A DNA stretch of 64,000 nt from an uncultured Clostridia bacterium (GTDB lineage Bacteria > Bacillota > Clostridia > Christensenellales > UBA1242), in NCBI GenBank assembly GCA_934754475.1, contig CAKVHV010000002.1, forward strand, positions 256,951 through 320,950, read 5' to 3'. Made by a program: the position numbers and the translations under genes. The number at the start of each line of letters is the position of its first letter. Position 1 is the stretch's first letter. The notes beneath the pieces are model-generated. The model made no database searches and had not been told where the DNA came from. It worked only from the letters and a program-made list of their open reading frames with translations. Below, one piece after another: positions 8,876 through 17,683 of the stretch.

Positions 8876-11014
8876 TTATATTTCTTCAACACCTAAACTT
8901 TTTAGATACTCATAAGTTCCATCATAATATTCAGGCAACCTAGTACTATCTTCCCAATATCCGCTTGGATTTTTATTTGGATTACCTGTTGGAACACAAA
9001 TAACCATACCTACTCTAGCACGTGTTAAAAGAACCCTATATGCGTTTAACATGTATTTAATTAATTCTTGCTTATTTTCTGTATCAGGTGTTTGTTCAAC
9101 CCATTTTGTTTGTCCATTAAATTTATAATAATGCCATTTGTTGTTATTACATCTCATATCTGCATCCCACAGCACGCAAGTATAATCAAGTTCCAAACCT
9201 TGAACTTGAATTTCTGTTGCAGCATCTTCTAAATAGTTTGATGATCTAGTATCAACTTTATCTTCAAGGAACCAGTGCACTGCATTTTCATCACCCGCTT
9301 CAAGTATATGTATACCAAGTGGTTTAAATCTTGCAGATTCTTTTGTTACTAAAACACCCGTACGTTCAGTCCCCCTAACTTTTTCGTGCAACCACTTTTT
9401 AGCTTTTTCCATATCCCTGGTTAAAACTATTGGATACTTATCTTTTATTTCATTATAAAGTTCTGCAGCATTAGATTCAAATAAAAGCATTGAATGAACA
9501 AATGCGGATAATTTTTCTGCTCTATACGAACGAAGTGAAACACTCAAATGTAAATCATCAGAATATGAAACATTATTATTCTTTTCTAACAATTCATTAA
9601 CTTTACCCTCTGCGTATTCAGGCTCTATTAGTTTTGGAGAAATATGAACTTTCCAATGTGGAAATATATCATTCAAAGCTTTTATCCATTCAGATATTCC
9701 CGCTTCACCTGTGTTAATTTCTTGACCGCCACCAACCAAACAAACTATTGTTGCCCAGTCTTCACGTTGATCTAATGACCAAATCAAAAACGCAGCCTCA
9801 GATAATGGAAAGTTTGGAACTTTTAATTTATTTCCATACGTTCCACCTCTTTTTAAATAATCAGCCAATCTTTTCTTTGTCCATGAACGTTGTGCTTCAT
9901 CAAAAATAGCAACGTGTTCTACTTCACCATAACCAGATTCAGCAAGTTTTATAGCCTTTTCAGGATCAATTTCCAGCACTCCATTTTCTACTGGATTTTT
10001 TATTTTTGCTAGCATATTATCACGATAACGATGAATTATTTGAATAAATTTTCCAACCTCTCTGCGAGAATCTGATAATTTCTTATTTTCACCTTTATCT
10101 TTACACTTCTTGAAATTATCTTTCGCCAAAGCTTCATTCAAAACAGCAACCAATGGACCATTTCCTGAAAGATAAACAGCACCTTCATCTTCAACTGGCT
10201 TATCACTTCCTTGATATGTTTGTCGAACAGCAACATCAAGTCCAACCAAAGTTTTTCCTGCGCCAGGAACACCCGTTACAAAACAAATACTCTTTTCTCT
10301 ATTGGTTTTACTTTTTTGAATTACATCAAGAATATATTTAATTGTTCTATCAGTTGAAACATCATCTGCTTCATGTCTTGTAATATCTTCAACCGAATGA
10401 TTTTCATAAAGTTTTTTAGCCGCTTCAACAATTGTTGGCGTTGGAGCATATGGGCTTATTATCCAATTAGCATCTACAATTTCTTCATTTGGAAAGCTAT
10501 CTAAAACTTTTTCTATTAACTCTAAAACTCCAAATTCACCTGTAACCAGTGGATTAATTACACTATCATCATAAACCGACATTTGTATAGTATCTGTTCT
10601 ATTTGTATATTTTGTTGCGATTAAAATCGGCGCAATAACTTTATCTCTGCTAAGTTTATGGAAGTTCTTTAAATCTAAAGCGTAATCCAATACTTGGTCA
10701 ACATCCATTTCTAAAACTTTAGACTCACCCACTTTAAATTCAAGACAAAATACTATACCCCTATAAAGTAGTACAGCATCAATTCTTTTACCCAAACGTG
10801 GAATATCATACTCAAAAATAATCTGACCTCTATCATCATTTAATTTTGAAACAACGTTTTTCAATATTCCAATTTCAGACTTCCATGCTTCTATTGTAGT
10901 AGTAAGCGCAGTTCCATGATAATTATCACATAAAGTTCCTAGTATTGCACTTGTATCTAAACTTAAAAATTTTTCAAAATCACTATTAAATAAACATCGT
11001 GGACTTTTTTTCAT
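8876..11014 (-). CDS. DUF2075-type nuclease-helicase (Schlafen-like/Nhi-like ATPase)
   Basis: Likely start at M23 (11014). The N-terminal RIDAVLLYRGIVFCLEFKVGE looks like PD-(D/E)xK. Walker A GVPGAGKT, Walker B IFDEAQR, and GGGQEINTGEAGISEWI typical of DUF2075. Confidence 0.7.
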   Translation of the reverse strand: MKKSPRCLFNSDFEKFLSLDTSAILGTLCDNYHGTALTTTIEAWKSEIGILKNVVSKLNDDRGQIIFEYDIPRLGKRIDAVLLYRGIVFCLEFKVGESKVLEMDVDQVLDYALDLKNFHKLSRDKVIAPILIATKYTNRTDTIQMSVYDDSVINPLVTGEFGVLELIEKVLDSFPNEEIVDANWIISPYAPTPTIVEAAKKLYENHSVEDITRHEADDVSTDRTIKYILDVIQKSKTNREKSICFVTGVPGAGKTLVGLDVAVRQTYQGSDKPVEDEGAVYLSGNGPLVAVLNEALAKDNFKKCKDKGENKKLSDSRREVGKFIQIIHRYRDNMLAKIKNPVENGVLEIDPEKAIKLAESGYGEVEHVAIFDEAQRSWTKKRLADYLKRGGTYGNKLKVPNFPLSEAAFLIWSLDQREDWATIVCLVGGGQEINTGEAGISEWIKALNDIFPHWKVHISPKLIEPEYAEGKVNELLEKNNNVSYSDDLHLSVSLRSYRAEKLSAFVHSMLLFESNAAELYNEIKDKYPIVLTRDMEKAKKWLHEKVRGTERTGVLVTKESARFKPLGIHILEAGDENAVHWFLEDKVDTRSSNYLEDAATEIQVQGLELDYTCVLWDADMRCNNNKWHYYKFNGQTKWVEQTPDTENKQELIKYMLNAYRVLLTRARVGMVICVPTGNPNKNPSGYWEDSTRLPEYYDGTYEYLKSLGVEEI

Positions 11015-11048
11015 ATTTATCCTATCCTTTAATATACTTGACAAAGAC

Positions 11049-11057
11049 AGTATAACA
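11049..11057 (-). promoter_or_regulatory. Possible extended -10 (TGTTATACT) for the DUF2075 gene
   Basis: TGnTATACT about 35 nt upstream of the ATG at 11014. No convincing -35. Confidence 0.3.
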
Positions 11058-11116
11058 CACATTTGTAATAATTTTCTCAAATTTTCAAAATTTAATTAAA
11101 ATTTTATAATCAAAGT

Positions 11117-11153
11117 ATAAAAAAGAAGAGCTCAACATTTGAACTCTTCTTTT
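11117..11153 (-). terminator. Rho-independent terminator of the nine-gene ssp-like operon
   Basis: On the - strand: agaagagttcaaatgttgagctcttct followed by a T-run, about 70 nt after the DGQHR stop. Confidence 0.6.
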
Positions 11154-11175
11154 AATTTATATTAAATTTTATTAT

Positions 11176-11208
11176 TTTTTCTTTTATCTCAAAAAGAGAG
11201 GCAATGAG
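11176..11208 (-). repeat. 33-nt conserved 3'-UTR element, copy 2
   Basis: Identical 33-mer to 8838-8870. Starts 13 nt after the DGQHR gene stop. Confidence 0.85.
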
Positions 11209-11221
11209 TTTCTATTTAAAT

Positions 11222-12784
11222 TTAATCATCTATACAATATGCCTCCTTCCATCTTTCATACATATGCAAATAATTAGAACTTGTCACTATTCGTTTTACC
11301 CTTTGTAAAATCTCCATTTTATATGCTTTTTCTACATTTTCTTTCTCTGAATCTTCAGTTTTTGAAATCAATTCCTTCAATTCATTCAAATTAATCCAAA
11401 GTGTTGAAATTTTATTACACAAATCATTAACATACTCATCAGTATAGTGTTCAGGGTATATTAAATATTTAAGAATACTTTCAAACAATTTTTTATTGTT
11501 TGTAATCATTCTATCATCACACATTTTGTATATTATATCATTCCATATATTGAAAGATAACGATAAATCGATAATCTCCATTCTAGCAAAAATTTCATCA
11601 AAATCAACTCCACTATTAGAAAGATCACATAACACGTTAACTATTGAAATCAAGCCAAATGGTCTAAACAAAAGGTTTCCACCTTCTTTAAATGGATACA
11701 ATTCTTCCTCAAACGTCAATGGACAAAACGTATCATCAAGCATATAGTTTAACGATTCTTTTTCTTCTTGAGATATCGGACCTCTTAAAAACAATTCTTC
11801 AAACCTATTATCTTCATCATTATTTTCAGAATAAATAGCTACATAATCCATTTCATCTGGATTTAAAAACATGGCAATAGGCTTTAATGTCATAAATTTA
11901 TTCCAAAATTTATTCACAAACTCATAAAAAGAATTTATTTCAATATCATCTCTACGGAATTTCAAAAATTCCATTAAATCTTTTTTTGAATTTGGATTAA
12001 CCTTTTTTCTTCTGTTATTCGAAGTAATAATATATGATTCATTTTTGCTTAAATAATGCTTTAATAGAATCATATTGCAATCATATAATGTTTGGATGTT
12101 TGTAAAACTTTTTCTATCATTTTTAGAAATTGACTTTGTTTGACTCAATATTAACCTTTCTCCAGAAAATAAATTATTTCCATCTATCAACTTCCTAGTA
12201 ATTATAGCAACTAAATCATCTTCGTCTAATAATATAATATCCGTCTTATTTACAGGCTTTGCATATCTATTTAAAGTTGTAAATAAACGACGCGTTCTTT
12301 TTTTTCCTTGAATAGTATTCTCATGAGCAATTAAAATTACTGGTATTGTTTGTAAATTATAATAATTATCTCCCTCATTTTTATGTCCACCCGTAGACTC
12401 AACAATATTTCTTATCCCCTCTACACGATGCTGTCCATCTACTGGGAAAATTTTATCTTCTTTTGTCAATTCTAAAATACCCATATCATAATGTTCTTCA
12501 TTATCATAATCAATTCTAATTTCTCTCCATTGCGGATCACCATTATACACAGCTAACACTAGAGAATTAAAAAACATATCACTTTGATTTCTTATATAAT
12601 TAGAAATTTGTTCAACATTCTTTTGCTCTAATCCTCTTTGCAATCTATCTTCAGAATTTGCATTATCTAAACCCATCTCTTCTTTCCATTCTTTTTGAAT
12701 ACTTTGAGAAACTTCCTCAAAAGTAAAAGACGTAATATAATAAATCCACTGTCCGATTTTTTGTCTCATGGCCAATTTCTTCAT
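11222..12784 (-). CDS. DGQHR domain protein (DndB-like, ParB/Srx fold) with a ~270-aa C-terminal extension
   Basis: 520 aa. LQRGLEQKNVEQISNYI, FNSLVLAV, FPVDGQHRVEGI and FTTLNRYAKPVNKTD match DndB-family hallmarks. Confidence 0.75.
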   Translation of the reverse strand: MKKLAMRQKIGQWIYYITSFTFEEVSQSIQKEWKEEMGLDNANSEDRLQRGLEQKNVEQISNYIRNQSDMFFNSLVLAVYNGDPQWREIRIDYDNEEHYDMGILELTKEDKIFPVDGQHRVEGIRNIVESTGGHKNEGDNYYNLQTIPVILIAHENTIQGKKRTRRLFTTLNRYAKPVNKTDIILLDEDDLVAIITRKLIDGNNLFSGERLILSQTKSISKNDRKSFTNIQTLYDCNMILLKHYLSKNESYIITSNNRRKKVNPNSKKDLMEFLKFRRDDIEINSFYEFVNKFWNKFMTLKPIAMFLNPDEMDYVAIYSENNDEDNRFEELFLRGPISQEEKESLNYMLDDTFCPLTFEEELYPFKEGGNLLFRPFGLISIVNVLCDLSNSGVDFDEIFARMEIIDLSLSFNIWNDIIYKMCDDRMITNNKKLFESILKYLIYPEHYTDEYVNDLCNKISTLWINLNELKELISKTEDSEKENVEKAYKMEILQRVKRIVTSSNYLHMYERWKEAYCIDD

Positions 12785-12793
12785 ATTCCCCTC

Positions 12794-13336
12794 CTAAGCA
12801 AAGGCTGCTGTTAATGCTTGAGAAATTTTAATATCTGGAATTTTACTATTCGCTGGTGGCAATAGCTTATTAATCATTTCAGCCTCAATCAAATCAATCA
12901 AGTCATCACCTTGCTTAACACCCAATTTATCAGACTCCTGTATAGGCAGATATCTACAATAAATATTATCTCCCCACTCATTAAACATTTGTCCAAGTTT
13001 TGGTCTATCAATTGCTTTTTTATGATATGTACGAATTCGATCTCTTAAATTATTTCCGCTAGGGCAATGAGCCCTTCCAACATAAATTAAAAAACTATGA
13101 TTATCAAGTAAGATTTGTGAACGAATATAAAAACAATAAATACCACCTTTATTTCTAGGAACATTTTCTATATCAGTATTAATTTCTCCATTATTTAAAT
13201 ACTTAAATTCTCTCCAAGCTTTTGAATTAATAAATTTTTTTATTTCATCATCAAAAACATCCCATAAGTCATGGACTAATGGAAATGTTATTTTACAATT
13301 GCGTATATTATTAGCTAAATCTAAATAGTTTTCCAT
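12794..13336 (-). CDS. Stand-alone GIY-YIG nuclease domain protein
   Basis: 180 aa. GGIYCFY...LIYVGRA (GIY...YVG), conserved Arg (RDRIRTY), Glu (IEAEMINKLLPPAN). Confidence 0.7.
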   Translation of the reverse strand: MENYLDLANNIRNCKITFPLVHDLWDVFDDEIKKFINSKAWREFKYLNNGEINTDIENVPRNKGGIYCFYIRSQILLDNHSFLIYVGRAHCPSGNNLRDRIRTYHKKAIDRPKLGQMFNEWGDNIYCRYLPIQESDKLGVKQGDDLIDLIEAEMINKLLPPANSKIPDIKISQALTAAFA

Positions 13337-13353
13337 ACTTTTATCTCTTATGT

Positions 13354-14178
13354 TTATCCAATATACCTAACACATTCAGAATGTTTCGGTCTTGTAATTT
13401 CAATTTCTTTTATTTTGAGTCTTTTAATACAATCAAATAAATCTATAAGATGTTGTTTAATATCTTTTCTAAAAGGTCTAGGATCCTTAACAAACACATC
13501 ATGTATACTCTTTGTTATCTCGCCAAAATAAGATTCTTTATTATCTTTATTTTTTAAAAAATCAACTAACCATTTGTAAGATTTTAAATTGTATAATTCT
13601 ATAATATCTGTTAATTCAGTAGGAAAATCTTCAGACATTAAACATTCAATTTTTCTTTCTTTTAATTTAAATTCTCTAATTTTAATAATAATATTATCAT
13701 CCTTTGCTTTTATAATTTCATTATAAATCTCTTCATCTAAAACAATAGCATCTTTATATAGAGATAATATTTTTGCATAAGAATCTTCATCTAGTGTAAA
13801 AAAAGTAGATGCTTCTTTATTAGACTTATCCGCAACGCCCAATCCTTTATTTGTTGCATTAGCTGATCCAATTATACACTTAACATGATCAAATATATAA
13901 GTCTTTGCGTGAATGCTGTTATCTATATAAATATACCAATTATTTCTAATACAATAATCATAAATCTCTTTATCCGTAGCACCTGATGCAATATCTGATG
14001 GTAAAAATCTCACCAGCAATCTTTTTTTCACATTTAAATTTATAAAAGAATCCAACAACTCCAATGTTGAAACTTTACAAAAAGCTGAAACAATATTTAC
14101 CTCTGTTTCACATTTTGGTAATTCTGTTTTTAATACTCTTTCAATTTCATCCGATAATAAAATATCAACATTATTCAT
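13354..14178 (-). CDS. sspF: PLD-family (HKD) nuclease, SspF-like
   Basis: HAKTYIFDHVKCIIGSANATNKG is the HxK(x)4D(x)6GSxN motif. The ATG at 14178 overlaps the upstream stop (ATGAATAA). Confidence 0.6.
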   Translation of the reverse strand: MNNVDILLSDEIERVLKTELPKCETEVNIVSAFCKVSTLELLDSFINLNVKKRLLVRFLPSDIASGATDKEIYDYCIRNNWYIYIDNSIHAKTYIFDHVKCIIGSANATNKGLGVADKSNKEASTFFTLDEDSYAKILSLYKDAIVLDEEIYNEIIKAKDDNIIIKIREFKLKERKIECLMSEDFPTELTDIIELYNLKSYKWLVDFLKNKDNKESYFGEITKSIHDVFVKDPRPFRKDIKQHLIDLFDCIKRLKIKEIEITRPKHSECVRYIG

Positions 14179-15982
14179 TATTCTTCTTATACTCCATAAT
14201 ATAGTTGGTAATCCTTTGATTGATTTCATACATTAATTTGTCCATGGCATTTGAATAGTCTTGATCTAAATGTTTAATAGATTTCATTACTGCAATGATA
14301 AATAACTCAAAAGGTACTTTTTGATTTTCATCTTCCCAAATATCTTTAATTAATTTTTCATAAAAAGGATGTCTTGCATTTAAAACAATTGATAGTGTTC
14401 CTGCAGCAAACGAATAATCTATGAATGAATCATGTGGAGTTTTTGTATAAACTGGTTTAACCCTAACACCAGAATCAATAAGTTGTTTAATTTGATTATC
14501 TGTTGGCTCTTGCTCTTCCTCAATAAATAACTGTTCTTTTGCCTCTTCAAATTTTTGTTCTTCAGACATAGTTGGCAATTCAATTTCAAGATCATGCTCT
14601 TCATCTGATTTCTTTGCTATTTGAGATGCTTCATTAGGAGGCAACTCTGTCAACTCTTTAGTATCTTCTCTAACTTTTGAGTTTCTATTTGCCATAGCTT
14701 TTATTGTATCTTTAATTTCCAAAGCTAATTGATGCCAAACACTCCTCAATTCACCAGGTTCAACATCTTCCATTTCTTGCTTAGATAATGGCTTCAAATT
14801 TACTGATTGCTTATTGTTTGAAATCCCAAAAGCATTATCCATATCAGACTTAAAAGAAATTTCAATTCCCCACCATCTATACTCTGGAACATTATAAAAA
14901 TCAAAAAATCCAAATGATCCGAAATCTATTTCTCTGTTATTCCTAACAATTGAGATTCCTGTATTACTTGTTAATCTTGAAGACTTTCCAAATGCAAGAG
15001 AGCCTGGTTTTTTATCTGTTTTTAACGAGCCCTTAGAATAATATTCTTCTTTTACTACTGAGTACTTTATAACAACCGATCCTTCTTTGATTTCGTCATT
15101 ATGTTCATATTTTATAGGAAGCGTTACAAAATCAGGAGCATCATCAGATGCTTTATAAATAGTAAACATGGATTCAGTAAATCCATTTTCTTTATCGTAT
15201 TTAGATGACTTATATTGATTAGCAATTAAAGTGTCAATATCTTTAGGCATTGACTCTTGACTTGGAGTCATCAAATATAATGGATCATTAGGCAAAATTT
15301 TCTCATAAGATTTACTAACAATTTCTATCATTGATATTGTTTTAGTCCCTTTTGCAAGAAAATATCTATACTTTCTTCCCAAATCTTCACTCATGTGATT
15401 TACACAAGTATTCCATTTTTTATGATCAACATTAGTACAATTAGACCAAATAACAAGTGTTCCATGTTCAGAAAAGTCAAATTCTTTTTCTTCTGATTTC
15501 CAATGTATGTATTCCGCATATTTTTTAGGAATAGAAGCGGCAACCGGAGGAGCAATTTCATTTAAGTCGTTTTTCCTAACATCTACAGCATCTAATACAA
15601 CTTTCTGACAATTTTCAATTCCGTTTTGCCAAGAATATACTTCAACCTTGTTACAAACAAATATAGAGGCTTGGGGTAATCCTACACCAAATCTTCCCAT
15701 TAGATTTTCAGCATCACCCTCATGATAACCAACACACAAGCAATTAGCTAATGTTGAGGTGTTCATCCCTTTTCCATTATCCAGAAATGCAAATTCGACT
15801 ATCCTTTTTTCGCCATTACTTGCAATTTTTTGTTCACCTAAAATAAATATATCCTTAGCTCTTGCATCGATTGAGTTATCAACAATTTCAGCAATAGCAT
15901 TATAAGTACTCTTATATCCAGAGCTTTTTAATGCATCGATAAATAATGCTGCATTTACTATTTTGCTTTTGTTTTCTTCCAT
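14171..15982 (-). CDS. sspG: GHKL (HATPase_c_3/MORC-like) ATPase, SspG-like
   Basis: N-box AEIVDNSIDA, G1 DNGKGM, G2 GRFGVG. Start at 15982, 2 nt after the helicase stop. Confidence 0.6.
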   Translation of the reverse strand: MEENKSKIVNAALFIDALKSSGYKSTYNAIAEIVDNSIDARAKDIFILGEQKIASNGEKRIVEFAFLDNGKGMNTSTLANCLCVGYHEGDAENLMGRFGVGLPQASIFVCNKVEVYSWQNGIENCQKVVLDAVDVRKNDLNEIAPPVAASIPKKYAEYIHWKSEEKEFDFSEHGTLVIWSNCTNVDHKKWNTCVNHMSEDLGRKYRYFLAKGTKTISMIEIVSKSYEKILPNDPLYLMTPSQESMPKDIDTLIANQYKSSKYDKENGFTESMFTIYKASDDAPDFVTLPIKYEHNDEIKEGSVVIKYSVVKEEYYSKGSLKTDKKPGSLAFGKSSRLTSNTGISIVRNNREIDFGSFGFFDFYNVPEYRWWGIEISFKSDMDNAFGISNNKQSVNLKPLSKQEMEDVEPGELRSVWHQLALEIKDTIKAMANRNSKVREDTKELTELPPNEASQIAKKSDEEHDLEIELPTMSEEQKFEEAKEQLFIEEEQEPTDNQIKQLIDSGVRVKPVYTKTPHDSFIDYSFAAGTLSIVLNARHPFYEKLIKDIWEDENQKVPFELFIIAVMKSIKHLDQDYSNAMDKLMYEINQRITNYIMEYKKNNE

Positions 15983-15984
15983 AA

Positions 15985-17682
15985 TTAACCTCTTTCCCAA
16001 TAACTATTAAAATGCTTAAATGCAGCATTTTCATTATATGAATACAAATTTTCTTGAACATCTATTAGCAAGCAGTTTTCATTTCCACCCATTTTAGGGC
16101 CCCTTAATCCTCGACCTATCATTTGGCTATATAAAATTACAGATTTTGTAGGCCTTGTAATAAACACGCATTTTATATTAGTTGAATCAAATCCAGTAGT
16201 TAATATTTCAAAATTTATAATAATATTAACTTTCCCTTTTTTAAAATCATCAATAGCTCTTTTTCTATCCGTTGATGCCATATCTCCATACACTAAAGAA
16301 TTTTCTATATTAAGCATTTTTAAAAAAGCAGATAACAACTTGGCATGTTGTAATGAACAAGCAAAAACTATTGTTGGTATTTGTTCTTTATTCAACTTCA
16401 CCAATTCTTCAATAATTTTATCATTACGAGCTTTACTTAGTGATATTTTTTTCACTAAATTATCTGAATAATTTTCATTATCATTTTGTAATTCTTTTTT
16501 TAGTTGTATCAAAACTTTTGGATCAATTTCAAATTCAAGCATTTGTTTTTCAATATTTGAAAGATAACCTTGTTCTTGAAAATATCTTATTGGATCTTTA
16601 CTCCCACGATAGTTCCTTGCTTCATTTGCAGATAAAGATATTGCATTAATTTTATCGACATCTATTCCAATTATGTGATCAAAATCCTCGCTAAATAAAG
16701 CATTTGCTTTACTTACTTCTGTTGTTCTTCCAGGAGTTGCAGTTAAACCAATGAATTTTTTGCCATATTCATTATTTTTTTTCATTAATGAATCAACACA
16801 TTTTTTTGTTATTTCAGCCCCTGACTTGTGAACCTCATCAAAAACTATTAGAGAAGCTTTATTCGATATTTCTTCAAATACAGGCTTGCCATATTTTTTT
16901 TGTAATGCTTGAATAGAAGTAAATAATATTCCATCCTCAAGTGTATTAGGAAATTCTACCCAGCCTTTATAAACGTTTATATCAAACAATGACAAATGCG
17001 ACCAGACATTCTTAAATGTTTCATATGCCTGCATTAAGAGTTCGTCAGAATGAGCTATCCATACAACAATGCCCTGTCCTTTGGTAATAAAGTTAAGATA
17101 ATGCGAAATAATATGCATCGTTGTTTTTGTTTTGCCGGTTCCTGTTGGCATATGAATCAATATTTTATATAGATCTTTATCTTTGTTTGATAAATCATTG
17201 ATTGCCTGCTGTTTTATCATATATTGATAATCATATAACTCATAAAATTTATATCCTAATCTTTCAACAGATTCAACTGGCAACTCTTTTTCATTTTTAT
17301 GAAATTCGAATTCCGTATCTCCAAAATAGCCTTTGATAATATATTCAAATAAAGGATTATCATCAAATGAGACTTTTGACAATTTCTTAGCTAAAAGAAT
17401 TTGCTCATTGGAACTTCCATTAAAACTATAGTTATATAACTGAGCAACATGTTTTAAAAACAGTTTATCTTCCGTTGATAAAAAAAATTTATATCTAAAT
17501 TCTTCCTGTTTAAATAAGCTCAACCCATAAACAGCTAAAATAATGTCTATAATTTTTTCTTTTGTTAATATATTTTTAGAGTCTTTCCACTCAATAAGTG
17601 CATCCTTTAAATCTCCAAGTAAGGCAAATAAATATTCTTCATCAAAATTTCTCATTACATTAATTAATTTTTCATTGCTCAT
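15985..17682 (-). CDS. sspH: SF2 DExH helicase (ResIII + helicase C), SspH-like
   Basis: Motif I HMPTGTGKT, motif II VFDEVHK, motif III TATPGR, motif VI QMIGRGLRG. Confidence 0.6.
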   Translation of the reverse strand: MSNEKLINVMRNFDEEYLFALLGDLKDALIEWKDSKNILTKEKIIDIILAVYGLSLFKQEEFRYKFFLSTEDKLFLKHVAQLYNYSFNGSSNEQILLAKKLSKVSFDDNPLFEYIIKGYFGDTEFEFHKNEKELPVESVERLGYKFYELYDYQYMIKQQAINDLSNKDKDLYKILIHMPTGTGKTKTTMHIISHYLNFITKGQGIVVWIAHSDELLMQAYETFKNVWSHLSLFDINVYKGWVEFPNTLEDGILFTSIQALQKKYGKPVFEEISNKASLIVFDEVHKSGAEITKKCVDSLMKKNNEYGKKFIGLTATPGRTTEVSKANALFSEDFDHIIGIDVDKINAISLSANEARNYRGSKDPIRYFQEQGYLSNIEKQMLEFEIDPKVLIQLKKELQNDNENYSDNLVKKISLSKARNDKIIEELVKLNKEQIPTIVFACSLQHAKLLSAFLKMLNIENSLVYGDMASTDRKRAIDDFKKGKVNIIINFEILTTGFDSTNIKCVFITRPTKSVILYSQMIGRGLRGPKMGGNENCLLIDVQENLYSYNENAAFKHFNSYWERG

Positions 17683-17683
17683 A

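Noticed and set aside
13354-17682. Helicase + GHKL ATPase + PLD trio as DISARM or a type I/III restriction-modification system
   Set aside because: There is no DUF1998 protein, no SNF2 partner and no methyltransferase or specificity subunit. The trio is fused transcriptionally to the sspDBCA genes, which fits the SspFGH composition instead.
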